From positions 432 through 64,431 of the forward strand of contig CAZFYA010000003.1 of NCBI GenBank assembly GCA_964523705.1: a stretch of DNA of 64,000 nucleotides. Reading direction: 5' to 3'. The position numbers and the translations under genes are program-made. The stretch's first letter is position 1, and each line of letters opens with the position of its first letter. The stretch is from an uncultured Gammaproteobacteria bacterium (lineage in GTDB: Bacteria > Patescibacteriota > Microgenomatia > Levybacterales > UBA12049). Positions 1 through 9,044 of this stretch are shown here, piece by piece. The notes beneath the pieces were generated by a model. That model was not told the origin of the DNA. It saw nothing but the letters and a program-made list of their open reading frames with translations, and searched no databases.

Positions 1-566
1 AATGCCGTTGCCGAGGCTACTGTAAAATGCGCGCCTGCGAGCAACAGAGCCATGGCGAAAAGCAACAAAAAAATATTTTTATACTTGCCATCGCCATTGC
101 TGAATACCTTAGATTTTTCCGTGCCGTTCCTGAAGACTAGGTAGTAGAAAAGAACACCTGTGATTATCAAGATTGCACCGTCAATGCGTGAAAAATGACC
201 GTTTAATCCCAGCACCACGGGGAGCAGTAAGAAAAAAGGATACAGACTGACATTTTTTAGTACCTTGCTTTCGATTTTTATTCCGCGACCGGATAGTAAA
301 ATCAAAAGTGCGAAAATAAGAGACAAGTCCGCGATGTTCGAACCGAACAACGTGCCGAGGCCGAATTCAGGAACGCCCTGAATCGCGGAATTTATCGAGA
401 TAATCGTTTCCGGCAGAATTGATATAAAGGCGACAACCACAAAACCGATAATGTAACGAGAAACGCTGAAGTGTTCCGCGAGTTTGGCGGAATATTTTGT
501 TGCCAAAGTAGCACCCTTAACGACAATGACCAACGAAATGATAAAAAGTAGTAAATTTTCAATCAT
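1..566 (-). CDS. Na+/Ca2+ exchanger (CaCA/YrbG family) membrane protein. The N-terminal part is present; the gene runs off the window start.
   Basis: Reverse translation from ATG (complement of 564-566) gives MIENLLLFIISLVIVVKGATLATK..., a polytopic hydrophobic protein with a GxSxPE-like alpha-repeat (ISILPET). No stop is reached before position 1. Confidence 0.55.
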   Translation of the reverse strand, partial: MIENLLLFIISLVIVVKGATLATKYSAKLAEHFSVSRYIIGFVVVAFISILPETIISINSAIQGVPEFGLGTLFGSNIADLSLIFALLILLSGRGIKIESKVLKNVSLYPFFLLLPVVLGLNGHFSRIDGAILIITGVLFYYLVFRNGTEKSKVFSNGDGKYKNIFLLLFAMALLLAGAHFTVASATA

Positions 567-568
567 AG

Positions 569-775
569 TTATTTCAATAAATCCTCGACGGAAACGCCAA
601 GTACCTTAGCTATTTTAGCAATCATTTGAACACCCGGCTTCTTTACAAAATCGCCCTCGATTTTGGCGAGAGTGGAATATTTAAGCTCGGCTTTCCGCGC
701 CAAGTCGTCTTGGCTTAAACCTTGTTTTGTCCTTAATTTTTTGATGTTTTCGCCTATAGTTGCCATACTATCCAA
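569..775 (-). CDS. XRE/Cro-CI family helix-turn-helix transcriptional regulator
   Basis: 68 aa. GENIKKLRTKQGLSQDDLARKAELKYSTLAKIEG is a canonical XRE HTH. Confidence 0.75.
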   Translation of the reverse strand: MDSMATIGENIKKLRTKQGLSQDDLARKAELKYSTLAKIEGDFVKKPGVQMIAKIAKVLGVSVEDLLK

Positions 776-953
776 ATTTTGATAACATAGAATTATGTTA
801 CAATCTTACTGTAAGATTATGATAACAAATTTTTTTATTTCTAACAAGAAAAGCCCGCTTTTGGCCTTACTGAATTCAAAACGGCTTGAATTTTCGGCAA
901 AAAACGGCTGGCGAGCCCGCGTAGCGGGCGAGCCAATGAGCTCATTTCCTAAC

Positions 954-1043
954 TGGCGGAGAGAGTGGGATTCGAACCCACGGTGACATTGCTGCCACGT
1001 TGGTTTTCAAAACCAATGCACTAGTCCACTATGCGATCTCTCC
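954..1043 (-). tRNA. tRNA-Ser (anticodon TGA), class II with long variable arm; CCA is encoded
   Basis: Reverse complement reads GGAGAGA-TC-GCA...TGC-A-TTGGT-TTTGAAA-ACCAA-(19 nt variable arm)-GTGGG-TTCGAAT-CCCAC-TCTCTCC-G-CCA. It has a 3-bp D stem with a long D loop, and a GGTTCGAATCC T arm. Confidence 0.85.
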
Positions 1044-1135
1044 CTAGCTTGCATATTATAACAAAAACTGACAAATTAAAAACTTGTATTACGATAAGCG
1101 ATGATATAAGATAAAGGAGGAGTTGCAAAGACGTT

Positions 1136-2125
1136 ATGGAAAAAAGAGTAAAATTTAAACCAGGTGATCAAAAGAGGTGGATAGAAAAGGTTATGAAAGC
1201 TTCTAGTCTTTCAATTAAGGAACTTGCTGCTGTTGCTAAAATACATCCGAGAAGCTTTCGAGACTGGAAAAATGAAAAACTAGCAATGTCATTTTTTGCC
1301 ATGAATTTATTTTGCAAAAAATTTAATATAGAACCTCCAGAGAGGAAGGAAGTTTTAATTAAAAGATGGCTTGAAGCGAGAAAAAAGAGAAATAGAATTG
1401 GGGGAATTGCGCGCTTTAAAAAATATGGAAATCCAGGAACAGAAGAAGGAAGAAAAAAAGGAGGATTGAATTCTATTAAAAAATTAAGAGAGAGTAGAAA
1501 GATCCCAATTGCTAAAATATACAATATCCCCTCCCGTTCAGTATCGTTAGCTGAATTTGTGGGTATTATGCTAGGAGACGGTGGTATTACTACTTCTCAG
1601 TGTACAATTACACTGAATTCAATATCGGACATTGATTATATAAGTTTCGTTTCGAATCTCGCTAATCAGCTTTTTGGAGAAAAACCAAAAACCTTCAAAA
1701 AGAGAGATTGCAATGCAGTTGTTCTTTATTATAACAGTGTTTTTCTAACCAGGTATTTTTGTTCAATTGGGCTTGTGGTTGGTAACAAAGTAAAACAACA
1801 AGTTGGAGTACCAGAGTGGATTACAACAAATCTTGAATATAAGATAGCCTGTTTAAGGGGACTAATGGATACTGATGGAGGAGTTTTTCTGCACAGATAT
1901 TTAGTTAATGGTAAAAAATATGTTTATAAAAAAATATCCTTTTCAAATAGATCATTGCCCCTACTCAATTTTGTTTACGAAACTTTATCTGAGTTGGGTT
2001 TTGCTCCTAAAATTATAAATAAAGTAGAAAACAAAAAGGTTTGGCTGTATAATGAAAGCGAGATTAATCGATACCTAAAGGAAATAGGTAGTAATAATAA
2101 ACGATTATTAAAATATGGAGGGTGA
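1136..2125 (+). CDS. Double-motif LAGLIDADG homing endonuclease with an N-terminal HTH-like DNA-binding region
   Basis: 329 aa. Two LAGLIDADG-type motifs: VGIMLGDGGI and LRGLMDTDGGV. AAGGAGG RBS at 1114-1120. The stop codon TGA lies inside the 5' acceptor stem of the downstream tRNA-Ser. Confidence 0.8.
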   Translation: MEKRVKFKPGDQKRWIEKVMKASSLSIKELAAVAKIHPRSFRDWKNEKLAMSFFAMNLFCKKFNIEPPERKEVLIKRWLEARKKRNRIGGIARFKKYGNPGTEEGRKKGGLNSIKKLRESRKIPIAKIYNIPSRSVSLAEFVGIMLGDGGITTSQCTITLNSISDIDYISFVSNLANQLFGEKPKTFKKRDCNAVVLYYNSVFLTRYFCSIGLVVGNKVKQQVGVPEWITTNLEYKIACLRGLMDTDGGVFLHRYLVNGKKYVYKKISFSNRSLPLLNFVYETLSELGFAPKIINKVENKKVWLYNESEINRYLKEIGSNNKRLLKYGG

Positions 2126-2203
2126 CTCAGCCGGTTACGAGACAGGTTTGCTAAACCTGCAGGGTGAATAACCCTGAGTGGGTTCGACTCCCACACCCTC
2201 CGC
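2117..2203 (+). tRNA. tRNA-Ser (anticodon GCT), class II; no CCA encoded
   Basis: GGAGGGT-GA-CTC-AGCCGGTTAC-GAG-A-CAGGT-TTGCTAA-ACCTG-CAGGGTGAATAACCCTGA-GTGGG-TTCGACT-CCCAC-ACCCTCC-G. It overlaps the last 9 nt of the LAGLIDADG ORF. Confidence 0.85.
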
Positions 2204-2214
2204 AAGGACAATAA

Positions 2215-2781
2215 CTAGAGGTTAATTTTGTAAAAATAAACCTTAGCTGGGGTATGCTCAAAAGAGCACATTTCTTCATTTGAAAGCTTTTCAAAATATT
2301 TTCTCATCGGCCTTAAAGAGTTTCCATGAGCGGAGATGAAAATAATATCATCTTTTTTCCAAGTAGGAATAAAATCATTTAAAAAAGCCATTACTCTTTT
2401 TTCAACGTCTTTTATACATTCTCCGTTAGGTGGGGGAACATCATATGATCTATGCCATAAGGCAAAATTTTTAGGATCAGCATCTCTAATATCATCCTTA
2501 TTTAATCCTGTTAAGTCTCCGTAATCTCTTTCTTTTATTCTTTCGTCTTCAACAATATCTACACTTTTATGATATTTATCTAAAACTAATTCTAAAGTAT
2601 GTTTTGAGCGTATTTGATCAGAAGTATATGCCTTGTTGACTTTAACATCTTTTAGCTTTTCTCCTATTTTTCTTGCCTCTTCCTCGCCTTCTAGGGTTAG
2701 GTCAACATCTCTAAATCCTGAAAAAGTATGATTTTTATTATCTGTTGTTTGTCCGTGTCTAAAGATATATATTTTTGCCAT
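2215..2781 (-). CDS. Histidine phosphatase family protein (phosphoglycerate mutase-like)
   Basis: N-terminal IYIFRHGQTTDN (RHG catalytic motif) and a downstream AHGNSLR motif. Confidence 0.7.
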   Translation of the reverse strand: MAKIYIFRHGQTTDNKNHTFSGFRDVDLTLEGEEEARKIGEKLKDVKVNKAYTSDQIRSKHTLELVLDKYHKSVDIVEDERIKERDYGDLTGLNKDDIRDADPKNFALWHRSYDVPPPNGECIKDVEKRVMAFLNDFIPTWKKDDIIFISAHGNSLRPMRKYFEKLSNEEMCSFEHTPAKVYFYKINL

Positions 2782-2828
2782 AAAAGTAGTATATAGTATT
2801 TAAGGAGTGGTATCCAGTATGGCGGTTT

Positions 2829-3194
2829 TGGTGGAGATGTCGAGTAGTGAACTCGAGTCCAAGAAATTTATTAAAAAACATTTACAAGCTTATTCGATTT
2901 TTAAGCTTCGCTTTATTCTTATCCAATCGAAAGGAAAAAATAAAGTTAAGATTAAATAAGTTCGATAAGGATATAATCAACTTCCTTATTATTTTCCAAA
3001 CTGTGTTTATGCCTATAAAATCCCGTTTGGAAAAGATTAAATAGACAGGCAATCTACTTAAGCGTATGCGTAAGCAAATTGACCACTAGAATATTGATTT
3101 CTAGCATTTATATTTTGACTAGGATTTAGCGACATTTAGTCATTGTCGGCTTGCAGTTTTTTAAAGTGCTTTCCTGTCGATGCAATGCATCCCC
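2829..3194 (-). ncRNA. ssrA: tmRNA (ssrA)
   Basis: The minus strand begins GGGGAUGCAUUGCAUCGACAGG and ends ...GGACUCGAGUUCACUACUCGACAUCUCCACCA. The acceptor GGGGAUG/CAUCUCC carries the G3:U70 Ala identity pair. Candidate tag reading frame is GCT AGA AAT CAA TAT TCT AGT GGT CAA TTT GCT TAC GCA TAC GCT TAA, giving (A)RNQYSSGQFAYAYA. It lies next to smpB. The plus-strand ORFs 2847-3044 and 3151-3435 in the track are spurious. Confidence 0.8.
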
Positions 3195-3230
3195 ATTAAG
3201 CGAGAATTATAGCACTGTGAGGCTAAAAAG

Positions 3231-3671
3231 TCAAATTTTGCCCCTTAACTCCTCCTCAACTTGTCTTTGTAAATCCTTTCTTTTTAGAGCTTCTTTTTTT
3301 TCAAATTTTCTCTTTCCCTTACCCAAGCCCAATTCAACTTTAATAAGACCACTTTTTGTGTACATGGAGATTGGCACAATAACTAAGTTTTCTCCTTCTG
3401 TTTTTGATTTTAAAGCAATTATTTCCTTTTTATGAAGCAAAAGCTTTCGACTTCTTGCCTGATCATAATCTTTAAGACTGGCATATTCATAAGGAAAAAC
3501 CTTAGCGTTGACCAAGTATGCCTCACTGCCTTGAATTTTTACAAAACTTCCGGTTAAATCGGCATGCCCTCCTTTAATTGCTTTTACTTCATATCCATAA
3601 AGATTAATTCCCGCTTCGATTCTATCTTTTAAAGAATAATCATAATTTGCTCGTTTATTAATAATTTTCAT
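3231..3671 (-). CDS. smpB: SsrA-binding protein SmpB
   Basis: 146 aa with typical SmpB sequence (NKRANYDY...GYEVKAIK...LLLHKKEI) and a basic C-terminal tail. Confidence 0.9.
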   Translation of the reverse strand: MKIINKRANYDYSLKDRIEAGINLYGYEVKAIKGGHADLTGSFVKIQGSEAYLVNAKVFPYEYASLKDYDQARSRKLLLHKKEIIALKSKTEGENLVIVPISMYTKSGLIKVELGLGKGKRKFEKKEALKRKDLQRQVEEELRGKI

Positions 3672-3733
3672 GGTTCGACTACGCTCACCACGTAGTATTC
3701 AAATAATACGTCAAAGAGGAAAAAAAGTAAAAT

Positions 3734-5542
3734 TTATTTTATTTCAATCTCGTAAATTTTATCAGAGGATAAAATAAGAATTTTTTTATTACCTTCTAAA
3801 ACCTCAAGCTCTTTAGCGCCTGATAAGATACTTGCAGAATATTGCTCTATGTAATTTCCTTCTTTATCAAAAACAACAATTCTTGAATTGCCGTTATCTA
3901 AAATGTAAACATTGTCTAAATCACTATTGGTGTAAATCTTACTTGGACTAGAAAAAGCGGAGTCAAGCCCAGTTAAGCTTAATCCGTCTGATTTACCCCT
4001 GGTAAACTTCAGAACAGTACCATCTGATAGAAGTATCCAAATTGAGCCATCAATTGCCATTGATTTAGCATCGGCTAAATCAGGTTCTGTATCAGTAAAA
4101 TAGTTTGCTTTTCCAAAGCCAGTTTGTCCTCCGACAAACTTAACAACTCCACCTTTTGCTTTTTCTAAAACATAAAGATTACTTAAATAGGGGACAACAC
4201 TTGCTACATTATCCCAATCGCCATCATTTTCGATTATTTCTTTGGTATTTTCTTTTCCTTTAGTTGTGGAATAAACACCATCTTTATCAATAGAATAAAT
4301 AGTGTCATCGCTTTGTCCAAAAGCAATTGCCTTTGATGATAGTACAAAGCTTAAAAACTCACTTTTTTCTTTTTCTATTTCTTTTGCCTCAACTGCATTT
4401 ACGCCTGAAGTTGAATTTATGGCATTTTCAACTTTTTCTAAAAGTTCAAGTAATTGTTTTTGTTCATTTGAGCCTTCATTAAACTTTTCAAGGTTTTCGT
4501 TAATTATTTCCTTAGATGAATTAAAACTATCTCTTGCTAAGTTTTGATTTAAGTCAATAAGACTTTGTCCCTCATCATATTTTTGAACAGCTTGCGGATA
4601 AACACCATCAAACATTGCCTTAACCTTTGCTTCATTTTGCTTTTTAACAGCCAAAAAGATACTGAAAACAAGAACAATCACAACAACTATGGCGATAAAA
4701 AGATACAATTTTTTTGAATGATTAAGTGATGGCTTTCTTAAATTAATTTTTCCAAAAAAATTTGTAAAAACTTGACTAATTCTACCTAAAACCCCATTGG
4801 ACGAAGAAGTTGTTTTAATTGGTGCTTCTTCTAAAACCTCTTCTTCTATGGTTTTATCCTCTTCTTTTTTCTCCTCTTTTTCATCAGCTTCTGCCAAAGG
4901 TTGCTTTTTAAAATTGATAATTATTGCCGCTGCTCCTCCTTGTTCATGTCCATGAACTGTTGGGGCAATAGATTCAACAACCTCATCCGGAGATAGGCTA
5001 TCCAGAGTTGAAACCAGTTTTTCTGATGGAATAATGTCTGAAAATTGTTTAGTTTCAAGAATTATTACATCGCTTTCTTTAACATAACCAGAGGCTGCTT
5101 TAATTGTGGTTTTTTCGTTCCCTGTTGACTGTAAAATTAAACCAAAATTACCATCTCTTTTTAAGTATATTTTTCCAACTCCTAAAACAAAAATATATAA
5201 AATATTTTTAATAAGAGCGGTTATTACAAAAGAGGCTTTAACATCTTCTGGAATTTTATGAGCAGTAATTAAAATGGCATTTTTGATTGAGTCTAAATCT
5301 TTTGACTCTAGGGCAAAGTATTCACTCTCCAGGGTATCTAATATGTTTTTTCCTAAAATTGCCAAAAAGTCCTTCTCTTCAATTTTTTCTTCTTCTTGTT
5401 CTTCTTTTTTTTCTTTTTCAAGAGAAAGTGCAGCAAAGAGGCTACCGGCATTATATGCCTGCGACCAGATATTGGGCGTAGGATTAGCAGCGATTTTAGC
5501 GAATTCTAAGTTTGATTCAGGCATTAATTTATAATATAACAA
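3734..5542 (-). CDS. Hypothetical membrane-anchored protein. It has an acidic N-terminal cytoplasmic region, a single TM helix, and a C-terminal extracytoplasmic beta-rich domain.
   Basis: 602 aa. TM segment LYLFIAIVVVIVLVFSIFLAV. No family recognised with confidence. Confidence 0.45.
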   Translation of the reverse strand: MLYYKLMPESNLEFAKIAANPTPNIWSQAYNAGSLFAALSLEKEKKEEQEEEKIEEKDFLAILGKNILDTLESEYFALESKDLDSIKNAILITAHKIPEDVKASFVITALIKNILYIFVLGVGKIYLKRDGNFGLILQSTGNEKTTIKAASGYVKESDVIILETKQFSDIIPSEKLVSTLDSLSPDEVVESIAPTVHGHEQGGAAAIIINFKKQPLAEADEKEEKKEEDKTIEEEVLEEAPIKTTSSSNGVLGRISQVFTNFFGKINLRKPSLNHSKKLYLFIAIVVVIVLVFSIFLAVKKQNEAKVKAMFDGVYPQAVQKYDEGQSLIDLNQNLARDSFNSSKEIINENLEKFNEGSNEQKQLLELLEKVENAINSTSGVNAVEAKEIEKEKSEFLSFVLSSKAIAFGQSDDTIYSIDKDGVYSTTKGKENTKEIIENDGDWDNVASVVPYLSNLYVLEKAKGGVVKFVGGQTGFGKANYFTDTEPDLADAKSMAIDGSIWILLSDGTVLKFTRGKSDGLSLTGLDSAFSSPSKIYTNSDLDNVYILDNGNSRIVVFDKEGNYIEQYSASILSGAKELEVLEGNKKILILSSDKIYEIEIK

Positions 5543-5765
5543 CTGCCAATAAGAAAAGCAAAACAGCTAAAATTACATTTATAAAAGAGATAAAAAGAAG
5601 TAAAAATGATACCTGGGATTGAGTAACAGTTCTATTCATTATTTGTACTCTTCTAGTAATTACAATAGACAAGACTACGTAAAACAAAATTAAAACAATT
5701 AAGCCGATTTTAATTAAAAAGAACGGATTTAAAAAAGGTAATAGTAAAAGTTCGTTATTCGGCAT
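5529..5765 (-). CDS. Small hydrophobic membrane protein
   Basis: 78 aa with two predicted TM helices. Start and stop overlap the flanking minus-strand genes, consistent with an operon. Confidence 0.35.
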   Translation of the reverse strand: MPNNELLLLPFLNPFFLIKIGLIVLILFYVVLSIVITRRVQIMNRTVTQSQVSFLLLFISFINVILAVLLFLLAVVIL

Positions 5766-6537
5766 GTACCCCTCCTATTAATATTTCTACTAAATTTACA
5801 ACTCTTTCAGGATTTGGTACACACATAAAACTAAAAGTTAAGGTTTTTCCGGCAGTTTCAACAAAGACATCTCCATAACCAAAAAATGAAGCAAAAAAGC
5901 CGGACTGAACATAGTTTACGTCTTCAATTAAATTAAGCTTAGTTATTGAAACGTGATGATAAATTATATCTTGAAAGTGAATATCAACAACCTTTTTATT
6001 AGTTATTAAGTCGGCATTGTAGTACCAGGTAACATAACTTATGAAAAGGTAGCAAAAAACTACCAAGTAATAGGCAAAAACCAAGATTATAGTTGTTTGG
6101 ATTGAAAACAAAAAACTTGAGAACATATTAGTGTAATGATATAGATAAATCAAAAAAAGCGGGAAAAATATTAAGATTATTCCAAATAAAATCCAGGGGA
6201 CATTAGTAACAAAATGTTTTCTTAAGATAAGTAAAATTTCCTCATCTGCGTCTTGTTCATGATATCTTAAGCCTTTTGGTTTTACTTTAAAATGACTAAA
6301 AGGACCAATTGGAGCAGCTATTATTGCATATTTACCTCTTTGCTTACTTCCCGGTAGGTGCAGGGCGGAAGCAATTAGTTCTTTTTTCTTACTTCCTTTT
6401 CTTAACTCATTAACAATTTCTTCACCATGAAGCATTACAGGATGTTCTTCTTCCCAAGTATACTTTCTTTCTTTTTTTCTTTCTTCCTCTTTTTCTTTGT
6501 TTTCCTTTTTATCGGCAGGTATAAAGATGTCAGGCAT
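5755..6537 (-). CDS. Membrane protein with a bacterial PH-like (YdbS/YdbT-type) domain
   Basis: 260 aa. A charged N-terminus, two TM helices (ILFGIILIFFPLFLIYLY and TTIILVFAYYLVVFCYLFI), then a soluble domain. Confidence 0.4.
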   Translation of the reverse strand: MPDIFIPADKKENKEKEEERKKERKYTWEEEHPVMLHGEEIVNELRKGSKKKELIASALHLPGSKQRGKYAIIAAPIGPFSHFKVKPKGLRYHEQDADEEILLILRKHFVTNVPWILFGIILIFFPLFLIYLYHYTNMFSSFLFSIQTTIILVFAYYLVVFCYLFISYVTWYYNADLITNKKVVDIHFQDIIYHHVSITKLNLIEDVNYVQSGFFASFFGYGDVFVETAGKTLTFSFMCVPNPERVVNLVEILIGGVHAE

Positions 6538-6578
6538 GTTTATTTTCTTTCTACATTATACAACTAAGAACCTGTAAT

Positions 6579-8336
6579 CTACATTCGTTCTACATTGTAA
6601 AGCGAATACATTCCACATGAAAGATCACTGTTTGGTTGACAAGTTGGTTTCAATTGGATGTTCCCAGGAGCTCTTAAGTTAAACATGTTTTTAAATTTTT
6701 GAGCATCAAGCGATATGCCATTTATATTAATTGTTCTTGAAATGCCATTATTTTCCCAGTTTACGCTAATTGAGCTTATTGATCCCAAAGGCGTTTTACC
6801 CCTTATTCTTATTTCCTCCTTTACTTTATCAGAAGACCATGTATCTGGGGTTGATTTATCAGTTTGGCTTAAGTGTGAAATAAGAGAATTGTCCATCTCC
6901 CAAAGAATATAGGCGTTTACAATATCAACTACCTCTTCCTCTTTAAGCCAAGCAGTGTTGTTGTATTCTTTACGATATCCCCAATCGCAATAAAACCAAG
7001 GCGAACTTTTGTCATATGCGCTGTTTTGCAACTGATCCATAGATTCAAAAGCCGATGCATCAGGTGCATTTTTAGTCCAAGGAGTATCATTCCATCCAAT
7101 TTGACCTGATTTTAAAGTAAATCCTCCATGAGTTGATGAGTACCAAGCAGTAATAGGATTGCCATTGTTAGTCATAACTTTTCCCTTAGTTTCTTCTACG
7201 GCATTGATCCACTCTTGGCTATTTAATTCTTTTTTAACAACTTGGCCAGATTGATTGGGAGGAATTGGTAATCTGCCATTTTCTGTTCTTGATAATGCAT
7301 ATGATCTTGCAGCAATTGCCTGTGCTTTTAATGCTTTTGAATCCCAACCAGAAGGCATTTCATATAAGTGTTTAAGGTATTCTTCAATGTTAAAAGACTC
7401 ATTATTAAAAGACTGTCCATATTCATTGGTGCCGTTTACAATAATGTTTATTGATGTATCATAATCTTGAATCGCAAAATTAGCATAATACGCATTTAAA
7501 ATTTCTTCATATCCTTGTCCTGCATCTGCCCTCCCTTTTGCCCCATATTGATTTAATCCTGTTCTATTGGGAACACCAAAACTAAAAAAACCAAACGCAG
7601 GGCTAAATCCAGGACTTTTACCTATGTCACTTGAGCATCCACCCAAAGATGTTACTGCAAGTTTTGGAACAGGTGCACTAGAAAACTTTTGAGCTAATAA
7701 CTCCTGTTGTTTTGCAGACAATTCTGCAATTTGGGTTGATAGCTGTGATTGATATGCTTTGGCTCCGCTAACTAATTCGTCTAATTTTGCAGATTGTTCG
7801 TCCAAGTCTGCTTTTGCTAAAGAAAGGCTTTTTTGCTCACTCTCAAGTTTTTGTTTTTTTGTTTCTAGGTCCTGAATGGTAATTGCAATATTAGTAATTA
7901 TTAATTTATCCTGGTCGGTTGCTGCTTTTTGGTAAGCCAGAAGTTGGGTAATATCAGAGGCTTTGGATGAGGAAAGAAAAATTAAAATAGGGGAGTAATA
8001 ATAACTTTTAATGTAATAATCATTAATTGCTTTGTATAAAATTTTTTCTTGTTTATCTAAGTCTTTATACCCTTCATCAATTTTTATTTTTTTGGATGCA
8101 ATATCTTTTTCAATTGTTAAAATCCTATTTTTGATATTATTGACTTGTTCTTTTAGAGCGTTCAGTTGATCCTCATGTGGTTTGGTTGCTTTAATTGATT
8201 GATCCAAGGCTGCTGTTAAATCACCGATTTGTTTATTTATATCATCTAATTCATCTGAAAAAGTTAAGCAAAGGTTGTTAAAAGAAAAAGACATCACTAA
8301 CAGAATAGAGAAAAATAAAAATAGGAGTTTTTTCAT
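6579..8336 (-). CDS. Secreted coiled-coil protein with a C-terminal SpoIID/LytB-type domain
   Basis: Signal peptide, a long Q/E/K-rich coiled coil, and a C-terminal region carrying the SpoIID hallmark ALKAQAIAARSYAL. Confidence 0.6.
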   Translation of the reverse strand: MKKLLFLFFSILLVMSFSFNNLCLTFSDELDDINKQIGDLTAALDQSIKATKPHEDQLNALKEQVNNIKNRILTIEKDIASKKIKIDEGYKDLDKQEKILYKAINDYYIKSYYYSPILIFLSSSKASDITQLLAYQKAATDQDKLIITNIAITIQDLETKKQKLESEQKSLSLAKADLDEQSAKLDELVSGAKAYQSQLSTQIAELSAKQQELLAQKFSSAPVPKLAVTSLGGCSSDIGKSPGFSPAFGFFSFGVPNRTGLNQYGAKGRADAGQGYEEILNAYYANFAIQDYDTSINIIVNGTNEYGQSFNNESFNIEEYLKHLYEMPSGWDSKALKAQAIAARSYALSRTENGRLPIPPNQSGQVVKKELNSQEWINAVEETKGKVMTNNGNPITAWYSSTHGGFTLKSGQIGWNDTPWTKNAPDASAFESMDQLQNSAYDKSSPWFYCDWGYRKEYNNTAWLKEEEVVDIVNAYILWEMDNSLISHLSQTDKSTPDTWSSDKVKEEIRIRGKTPLGSISSISVNWENNGISRTININGISLDAQKFKNMFNLRAPGNIQLKPTCQPNSDLSCGMYSLYNVERM

Positions 8337-8417
8337 GGTTATTTGATTATATCAGATAAAAAACAATCTATTGAAAAATGGAAATTTTCTGTTATACTTT
8401 GCTCAAAGGTTTTAACT

Positions 8418-9005
8418 ATGGAAGATATAGCTTTTCAGGAACCTTCTCAAACATTTACTGCCCCTAAAAAAAGAAACCCAAAACGTTTTGCTCTTTTAAT
8501 AGTTGCTATTATTATTGTCATAATTTTTTCCGTTCTTATTACCACTTCAAATCTTGGCAGGGAAAAAGAAGAAGCAACTACAACTACTTCTACAACAATA
8601 ACTCCAACTGAGACACCAACTCCAACAGAAGTTGAAGAAAATGAAGAGGAGAATGAAGAAGAAGAGGAGGATACACCAACTCCTAATCCAACATCAAACC
8701 CTATTGATAAAGAATCAGGGCTTGATAGAAGTAAATTATCAATTGAAATTCAAAACGGAAGTGGTGTAGCAGGGGTTGCCGGAGAGGCAAGTACAATTTT
8801 AAGAAACCTAGGATATAAAATTTTAACAACCGGAAATGCTGATAGTTTTGATTATGAAGATTTAACAATAAGAGTAAAAAGTAAAAGCAGTGATTTTTTA
8901 AGTCTTTTAGAATCGGATCTTGAAGAAAAATATACAATTGGAGAAACTTCATCTGATTTATCTTCGTCAACTTCAGCTGATGCATTAATTATTATTGGTA
9001 AATAA
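8418..9005 (+). CDS. LytR_C (LytR/CpsA/Psr C-terminal) domain membrane protein
   Basis: TM helix followed by a T/P/E low-complexity linker and a C-terminal SIEIQNGSGVAGVAGEASTILRNLGYKI...LTIRVKS domain. The start is moved to the ATG at 8418, behind a TTGAAA-17-TATACT promoter. The track start at 8343 is probably too early. Confidence 0.55.
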   Translation: MEDIAFQEPSQTFTAPKKRNPKRFALLIVAIIIVIIFSVLITTSNLGREKEEATTTTSTTITPTETPTPTEVEENEEENEEEEEDTPTPNPTSNPIDKESGLDRSKLSIEIQNGSGVAGVAGEASTILRNLGYKILTTGNADSFDYEDLTIRVKSKSSDFLSLLESDLEEKYTIGETSSDLSSSTSADALIIIGK

Positions 9006-9044
9006 AACTTGCTTAAAGTCTTCTAATAATTGTATAAATAGAGT

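Noticed and set aside
1168-1524. The track contains minus- or opposite-strand ORFs nested inside well-supported genes, for example 1168-1524, 4302-4547, 5274-5534, 11052-11306, 19461-19784, 24428-24765, 25670-26024, 28998-29276, 35825-36154, 38946-39224, 44202-44546, 46548-46952, 50516-50872 and 57666-58106.
   Set aside because: They have low-complexity, AT-codon-driven translations (runs of F/L/S/K) with no motifs, and each is fully embedded antisense in a gene with strong family signatures.
2847-3435. Plus-strand ORFs 2847-3044 and 3151-3435
   Set aside because: They overlap the tmRNA gene and the smpB antisense strand. They are explained by the ncRNA rather than by coding.
3672-3733. Hairpin ACTACG-TGGTGAG-CGTAGT between smpB and the upstream minus-strand gene, considered as a terminator
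   Set aside because: No U-tract follows on the minus strand. It is more likely an incidental stem, or part of the smpB 5' leader.
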